This document shows, in pieces, positions 58,068 through 63,109 of a DNA stretch of 63,109 bases (position 1 is its first letter; each line of letters begins with the position of its first letter). The DNA lies in contig JBNJDY010000003.1 of the NCBI GenBank assembly GCA_051745305.1, positions 1 to 63,109 on the forward strand, written 5' to 3'. The stretch is from Thermoplasmatota archaeon. GTDB lineage: Archaea; Thermoplasmatota; Thermoplasmata; Halarchaeoplasmatales; Halarchaeoplasmataceae. Below the pieces are notes generated by a model that saw only the letters and a program-made list of their open reading frames with translations, searched no databases and was not told the origin of the DNA. A program made the translations under genes and the position numbers.

Positions 58068-58108
58068 TGAGCGTTCTCCTTCAAATTAAAATAGAAAAAG
58101 AATGGTTT

Positions 58109-59164
58109 TTAGAGAGGTAGCTCTCTAACTCCGGCAGATATCAATTTTGCCAGGTTCAGTACATCGTCCCAGTGTGCACATTCTACTGTAGAATGTGAAT
58201 ACCTGACCGGGACTCCTATCGATATCGTTAAACATCCGGATTCTTGCAGTGCCATACCATCTGTAGTTCCACCGGTCACACCGTACTGGAAGGGGATATC
58301 GTTCTCTTTAGCTACGTCCTTGAAATGCCTGACCATTTTTGGAGTCGCGATTGCTCTAGCATCGACCATTCTAAGGACTGGCCCTCCTCCGAGATCTATA
58401 GGCTTGTAAAAACTTTCTAGGCCTGGTGAATCTGATGTGGTATACGTGTCAAGGGCGATCACGTAATCCGGTTTCAACGTATTACCCACGACTTTAGCTC
58501 CTCTTAAACCAATCTCTTCTTGGACACTCCACACATACGATTGTTTAAAAGAAGGTCCATCATTAATTAGTTCTCTAAGAGCTCCTAGTAAACCGAAACA
58601 TCCGATCCTGTTATCTAAAGCTCGACCTGCTATGATCTTATCGTTCATCAACCTGAGTGGTTTCATGAACACTATCGGGTCCGGTACGTCGATACCCATC
58701 TTTTCTGCCTCTTCTTTGGACGAAGCTCCTACGTCAACATAGGTCTTAGTCCATGAAACGACTTCGTCTTTATCGTCGGCATCAGTTGTCAGATGTGGTG
58801 CCTTGTGACCGATAACTCCGTTGATGGGACCTTTTTCAGTATGGATAGTAACGTGTCTTCCCGGAAGAAGTGAATCCTTGACTCCTCCGATCTTTTTGAT
58901 CCTTAAAAATCCGTCATCTTCGATGTTGGAAACCACCATACCGATCTCGTCCATGTGAGCTACCATAGCTACGTGTGGTTCATCGCCAGACTTTTCATAA
59001 ATCAGATTTCCGATATTATCTTCACGGATGTTTTTTGGATTACTGCCTTCAACTTGATCCGCTATCAGACCGGCTATCTTATGCCTGATAGGGTCTTCAT
59101 ATCCTGATACGCCTGGTGTTTTCAATATCTGCTCGAACTCGTCTAATCCTTCTAACCTTTTCAT
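58109..59164 (-). CDS. M42 family aminopeptidase (FrvX/TET-like)
   Basis: TPGVSGYE, AHMDEIG, GRALDNRIG, VQEEIGLRGA motifs. ATG at 59164 is preceded by GGTGA. Confidence 0.9.
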   Translation of the reverse strand: MKRLEGLDEFEQILKTPGVSGYEDPIRHKIAGLIADQVEGSNPKNIREDNIGNLIYEKSGDEPHVAMVAHMDEIGMVVSNIEDDGFLRIKKIGGVKDSLLPGRHVTIHTEKGPINGVIGHKAPHLTTDADDKDEVVSWTKTYVDVGASSKEEAEKMGIDVPDPIVFMKPLRLMNDKIIAGRALDNRIGCFGLLGALRELINDGPSFKQSYVWSVQEEIGLRGAKVVGNTLKPDYVIALDTYTTSDSPGLESFYKPIDLGGGPVLRMVDARAIATPKMVRHFKDVAKENDIPFQYGVTGGTTDGMALQESGCLTISIGVPVRYSHSTVECAHWDDVLNLAKLISAGVRELPL

Positions 59165-59181
59165 ATATATCACCTATTAAA

Positions 59182-59209
59182 GGGGGAGACCCCTGTTTTT
59201 CAAGTGGAA
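59182..59209. repeat. 28-nt element gggggagacccctgtttttcaagtggaa (left copy of a perfect inverted repeat)
   Basis: Exact reverse complement of 62242-62269. Contains the GGGG-AGA-CCCC hairpin. Confidence 0.9.
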
Positions 59210-59223
59210 ACTCGCGAGACCAC

Positions 59224-60333
59224 CTAATCTTTAGAGATGAAAGGAGGGTTTTTAACTTCTGCCTTTTTCTTTTCTCCTCTTATCTCTATCTGAACTTCTA
59301 TTCCCTCTTCATGATACCCGCTGTCTAGATATCCTAAAGCTATACCTTTTTTCAATACTGGTGAACGGGTACCGCTGGTTACAGTACCTATTTTATCATC
59401 ACCATCGTAGATATCATAACCGTTCCTAGGTATCCCTTTTTCTTTCATCACCATGCCTCTAAGCATTTGGTGTTCTGTATCTTTGATCTCTTTAAGAGCT
59501 TCTTTTCCGATAAATTCATGTTCCCAATCTACTGCATGTTCTCCCCATCCAGTTTCAACTGTTGTCCTAGATTCATCAAAATCCTGACCGGAAAGTAAGA
59601 AACCAAATTCTAATCTTAAAGTATCTCTAGCGCCTAGCCCACATCTTAAAGGTGGATCCTCGATAGATAATATCTGTTCCCAAAGAACCTTACCTGCTTC
59701 TTCAGGTAATACTATCTCGAAACCATCTTCTCCCGTATAACCACTACGCTGAATTAGAGGGCTATCTAACATAGGCCAATCTTCGTTAAAAGCTTTCATG
59801 ACTTTTTTATTGACGTCTACTTGTTTAGATCTGAAAAATTCTATATCAGAGATATCTTCGTCACAAACTTCTGACAATATTCTTTGAGCTTCCGGACCTT
59901 GGAGTGCTAACATAACCGTATCATATGTTATATCTGTAAGATACTCTTCTCCACCTTGAGAAGCTAACCATTCATATATCCTTTTGTTGTTACCGGCGTT
60001 TGGAACTATGTAACAAGAATCTTCTGTGAGTTTAGCTACTAAAGTATCGTCCAATATTCCGCCTTCTTCGTTCAATAGATGAGCGTATTTGACTTCATTT
60101 ACCTCTGATTCTGCTATATCTTGCGTCAAATATTTACTGATGAATTCGATAGCTCCGTCTCCCTTGATCAATATTTCTCCCATATGTGAAACATCAAAGA
60201 TCCCTGCTTTCTTTCTGACCGCCATGTGCTCTTTTGTTATACTCGTGAATTTCAAAGGCATCTTATAACCGGCAAAGGTCGTCATCTTCGCTCCTGCTTC
60301 CTCGTGAAGTTTACACAATGCTGTTTCTTTCAT
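59224..60333 (-). CDS. gcvT: Glycine cleavage system T protein (aminomethyltransferase)
   Basis: GIFDVSHMGE, RSGYTGEDGFEI. Full length at 369 aa. Confidence 0.95.
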   Translation of the reverse strand: MKETALCKLHEEAGAKMTTFAGYKMPLKFTSITKEHMAVRKKAGIFDVSHMGEILIKGDGAIEFISKYLTQDIAESEVNEVKYAHLLNEEGGILDDTLVAKLTEDSCYIVPNAGNNKRIYEWLASQGGEEYLTDITYDTVMLALQGPEAQRILSEVCDEDISDIEFFRSKQVDVNKKVMKAFNEDWPMLDSPLIQRSGYTGEDGFEIVLPEEAGKVLWEQILSIEDPPLRCGLGARDTLRLEFGFLLSGQDFDESRTTVETGWGEHAVDWEHEFIGKEALKEIKDTEHQMLRGMVMKEKGIPRNGYDIYDGDDKIGTVTSGTRSPVLKKGIALGYLDSGYHEEGIEVQIEIRGEKKKAEVKNPPFISKD

Positions 60334-60419
60334 AATAATGGTATAAGTATATGGTTTAAAGTTTTTATTCTACTTTTTAGGAAAAGGTACTAAATAATAA
60401 AAAATCTATTTAGATAGAT

Positions 60420-61799
60420 ATGAAGGAATATGATATTATTGGTATAGGGAGTGGTTCAGTTACCAGTGTAGTTACCCAGGCTTTATCCAGAGATGATAGT
60501 CTTTCTGTTGCTGTCGTAGAGAAGGACGCACCTGGTGGCATCTGTCTTACTAGAGGTTGTATACCGTCTAAAATGATACTCTATCCCGCTGAATTGATAG
60601 GACATATAAAAGAATCTTCTAAGTTTGGAATAGATGTTGACGTGAAGAATATCGATTTTAAAAGAGTCATGAAAAGAATGAGAGATCATGTTGACGAGCA
60701 AAGTAAAAACATAGGCAATAGCTTAAAACAATCTGAAGATTTAGACTTTTACCATACTACTGGAGAGTTCATAGATGACTATATTTTAAAAGTAGATGAT
60801 AATAAGATCAAAGGAAAAAAGATAATCATAGGTGCAGGATCTGAACCTTTAATACCACCTATAGAAGGTCTAGAAAAAAGTGGATATATTACAAGTGAAG
60901 GATTACTTCATCTTAAGGAATTACCAGAAAGAATCGTTATAGTAGGAGGAGGATATATAGCAGCTGAGTACGGATACTTCTTATCTATGATGGGGTCTGA
61001 TGTTACTATAATTGGTAGGAATGAACAATTCGTACCAGGAGAAGAACCTGAAGTATCAGACGTGTTACAGAAGAAGTTATCAGAACAAATGAAAATATAT
61101 ACTGGACATGAAGCTGTGAAAGTTAAGAGAAAAGGTGATGTTAGGTTAGTAGTCGCTGAAGATAAATCAGGAGAACGTAAAGGATTCAAATGTGATGAAA
61201 TTTTAGTTGCTGCAGGTAGAAAATCTAATTCTGAATACTTGAAACCCGAAAGAAGTGGTATCGATACAGATGATAGAGGATGGATCAAAGTAAACAAGAA
61301 GATGGAAACTTCTAAAGATAATATATGGGCTCTTGGTGATGCTACTGGAAAATATATGTTCAAACACGTAGCTAATAAAGAAGCTGAAATAGTTTATTAT
61401 AATGCCTTTACTCAAAGAAAAAGAGAGATGGATTATCATGCAGTTCCTCATGCAATTTTTACTTATCCTGAACTAGCATCTGTAGGGATGGTGGAAGAAG
61501 AAGCAGATAAGAAACATGATATCTTAGTTGGTTATTACCCATATGGTGATACTGGAAAAGGTATGGCCATGATGGCTGAGGATTATTTTATTAAGGTGAT
61601 CGTTGAAAAGGATACCTATCGTATTTTAGGTGCCCATATAGTCGGACCACAAGCATCGACTTTGATTCAAGAGATCATCAACCTTATGTACACTCAAGAT
61701 CAATCCGCTAATCCAATCTTTAGAGGAATGCACATACATCCTGCTTTGAGTGAAGTAGTCGAACGAGCATTCTATAACCTACACTCTCATCACCATTGA
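60420..61799 (+). CDS. lpdA: Dihydrolipoyl dehydrogenase-like FAD/NAD(P) disulfide oxidoreductase
   Basis: GIGSG, redox disulfide GGICLTRGCIPSK, GGGYIAAE, HIHPALSE. Confidence 0.8.
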   Translation: MKEYDIIGIGSGSVTSVVTQALSRDDSLSVAVVEKDAPGGICLTRGCIPSKMILYPAELIGHIKESSKFGIDVDVKNIDFKRVMKRMRDHVDEQSKNIGNSLKQSEDLDFYHTTGEFIDDYILKVDDNKIKGKKIIIGAGSEPLIPPIEGLEKSGYITSEGLLHLKELPERIVIVGGGYIAAEYGYFLSMMGSDVTIIGRNEQFVPGEEPEVSDVLQKKLSEQMKIYTGHEAVKVKRKGDVRLVVAEDKSGERKGFKCDEILVAAGRKSNSEYLKPERSGIDTDDRGWIKVNKKMETSKDNIWALGDATGKYMFKHVANKEAEIVYYNAFTQRKREMDYHAVPHAIFTYPELASVGMVEEEADKKHDILVGYYPYGDTGKGMAMMAEDYFIKVIVEKDTYRILGAHIVGPQASTLIQEIINLMYTQDQSANPIFRGMHIHPALSEVVERAFYNLHSHHH

Positions 61800-61843
61800 T
61801 AGATGATAACATTTAAGTAAAATATTCAGGTTTCAGGGATAAT

Positions 61844-62227
61844 ATGAAACTTAAAAAGAAATTAAGGGAAAATCAAATAATATTATCTATAATCGTATTG
61901 ATAATCGGGGCGTACTTATTCATCTTAGGATTGTTCAGTGTGGTCCTATCCGATTACGCTCCCGAGGCTCTATTGTCCATGGCCGATGTGATGGGTAACT
62001 GGATCTACTGGCTCTTTGTGTTAGGTGCTTTTCTGACATTAGCATTCTCCTGGAACCTCGTAGATATTTATCTTAAGATACGTGAATTCAAAGAACTTAT
62101 GGATACTGAGAGTAAAAGTAAATTCATCAAAAATATCGCTAGAATCGAAACTTTGGCTTTACACTTGGGTACAGATTACGAAGATAAGGTTATCGAAAAA
62201 GAAGAGGAATACAACATCAATAGATGA
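61844..62227 (+). CDS. Hypothetical 2-TM membrane protein
   Basis: ORF with two hydrophobic segments and a charged C-terminus. Confidence 0.4.
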   Translation: MKLKKKLRENQIILSIIVLIIGAYLFILGLFSVVLSDYAPEALLSMADVMGNWIYWLFVLGAFLTLAFSWNLVDIYLKIREFKELMDTESKSKFIKNIARIETLALHLGTDYEDKVIEKEEEYNINR

Positions 62228-62241
62228 CACCCTTTCGTTGA

Positions 62242-62269
62242 TTCCACTTGAAAAACAGGGGTCTCCCCC
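62242..62269. repeat. 28-nt element ttccacttgaaaaacaggggtctccccc (right copy of the inverted repeat)
   Basis: Exact reverse complement of 59182-59209. Ends 5 nt before the tRNA-Gly 5' end. Confidence 0.9.
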
Positions 62270-62274
62270 ATTGT

Positions 62275-62347
62275 GCGGCTGTGGTCTAGTTGGTTAAGAC
62301 TCAAGCTTCCCAAGCTTGCTGCCCGGGTTCGAATCCCGGCAGCCGCA
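62275..62347 (+). tRNA. tRNA-Gly (anticodon CCC)
   Basis: Acceptor GCGGCTG/CAGCCGC plus A; D arm GTCT-AGTTGGTTA-AGAC; anticodon arm CAAGC-TTCCCAA-GCTTG; T arm CCGGG-TTCGAAT-CCCGG. No encoded CCA. Confidence 0.9.
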
Positions 62348-62365
62348 TCCCTTGAGGAATGGAAA

Positions 62366-62563
62366 ATGACGATACACCGATACTGTTTCTGGACTCTATG
62401 GACTTTATTCACGTTATCTCTTATACTTTTTCTAAAAGTTGGTATAGATTCATATGACAAGGATCATAGAAAATCTATTTTAAGCTTCATAACTGCTACA
62501 ATCATACCTATTTCATTTACTGGTCTTTACATTTACTGGACAAAGAATGAGCTGTGTTGGTAA
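62366..62563 (+). CDS. Possible 65-aa two-TM protein (the only part of ORF 62273-62563 not overlapping the tRNA)
   Basis: ATG at 62366; hydrophobic segments. No other support. Confidence 0.3.
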   Translation: MTIHRYCFWTLWTLFTLSLILFLKVGIDSYDKDHRKSILSFITATIIPISFTGLYIYWTKNELCW

Positions 62564-62564
62564 A

Positions 62565-62963
62565 CTACTCTACTTTATTGTAATCACCTGTTAATCCAGT
62601 TTCTACGATCTCCTCTGTAATATTTACCATATGCGCATGTCGTCCGTTAAAAACAGCGGATTTCAAGAAAGGCATCCTTATTGTTTGTAATTCTCCTTCT
62701 ACTAATCTTGCGGTCCAAAAGGTGACAGTAGCACCAGTTGCCGACTTTTCGATCGTGTCTGGATAACGATCTAGAGGTCCCTCTCTATATATATCGAGAT
62801 TAAAATATCTTACATGAAGAATTATCTCAAGTAATTTTTCCTTCAATTTCTTAGCAATCTTGTTACTATCATTATCCGCTAAAATAACAGCTTTATCGTC
62901 TGGTTTCACTCCCATACATGTTTCAACTGCTACTTTACATCACTCTTCGAAATAATTTATCAT
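62565..62963 (-). pseudogene. N-terminal fragment of an M29/aminopeptidase-like protein, with an in-frame TGA at 62940-62942
   Basis: MINYFEE*CKVAVETCMGVKPDDKAVILADND...HMVNITEEIVETGLTGDYNKV resembles only the first third of ~320-aa archaeal aminopeptidase-like proteins. The ORF ends at aa 116. Confidence 0.35.
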
Positions 62964-63109
62964 AATGATCTAAAAGAAAAAGGGAGGAGGAAATTATAGT
63001 GATCCTTGAGCATTAAAAGGCAAATTCCATTTTACCGACTCGGTTCGATGCTTTCTAAATGCTCAAACAGCCACAAAAGACACACATATAAATAAATTTC
63101 CCATTTTTC

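Noticed and set aside
62082-62563. ORFs 62082-62297(+), 62176-62460(-) and the 5' part of 62273-62563(+)
   Set aside because: They run through the tRNA-Gly gene (62275-62347) and the 28-nt repeat. Only the segment from the ATG at 62366 onward is kept, as a low-confidence small membrane ORF.
62940-62942. Genome-wide TGA reassignment as the explanation for the in-frame TGA
   Set aside because: Many well-delimited genes here terminate at TGA at the expected protein length (for example 4-423, 9012-9782, the aminotransferase at 32267, antitoxin 56608-56847). TGA therefore functions as a stop.
1-63109. CRISPR arrays, rRNA genes, IS elements
   Set aside because: No regularly spaced direct repeats, rRNA-like conserved stretches or transposase-like ORFs were seen. 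The only periodic sequence is the protein-coding E/K repeat region.

Overview
Gene-dense, AT-rich chromosomal segment that is clearly archaeal. The evidence is Alba, fibrillarin, an isopentenyl phosphate kinase / type-2 IPP isomerase / GGPP synthase operon, CDP-archaeol synthase, a DUF835 domain, and a tRNA-Glu with a canonical bulge-helix-bulge intron. Most of the roughly 70 genes are housekeeping or ordinary accessory functions: purD, pyrE, glyA, gcvT, gcvH, an lpd-like gene, tldD/pmbA, an HDAC, a Dph6-like ligase, two ABC ATPase/permease pairs, ion transporters and glycosylation genes. There are two tRNAs (Glu-UUC with intron, Gly-CCC). I found no rRNA, CRISPR array, integrase or transposase.

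The parts these annotations do not explain are:
1. A co-directional pair at 18984-24362: a zinc-ribbon/coiled-coil protein followed by a 1352-aa protein that is coiled coil from end to end. This is a candidate filament or scaffold system.
2. A 589-aa chimera at 37878-39647: a bacterial-type DnaA AAA+ module that has lost the DnaA DNA-binding domain and carries a DUF835 domain instead. It sits among small zinc-ribbon/HTH genes and unknown genes, next to an ABC-F ATPase.
3. A perfect 28-nt inverted repeat at 59182-59209 and 62242-62269. It brackets gcvT, lpd and a membrane-protein gene, and abuts tRNA-Gly.
4. A 17-nt copy of the tRNA-Glu 3' end 160 nt downstream of that gene, with strong palindromes in between.
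5. A CBS-domain protein with an HPF/RaiA-like C-terminus.

All family assignments come from motif recognition by eye on the supplied translations. No database search was run, so remote-homology calls are tentative.
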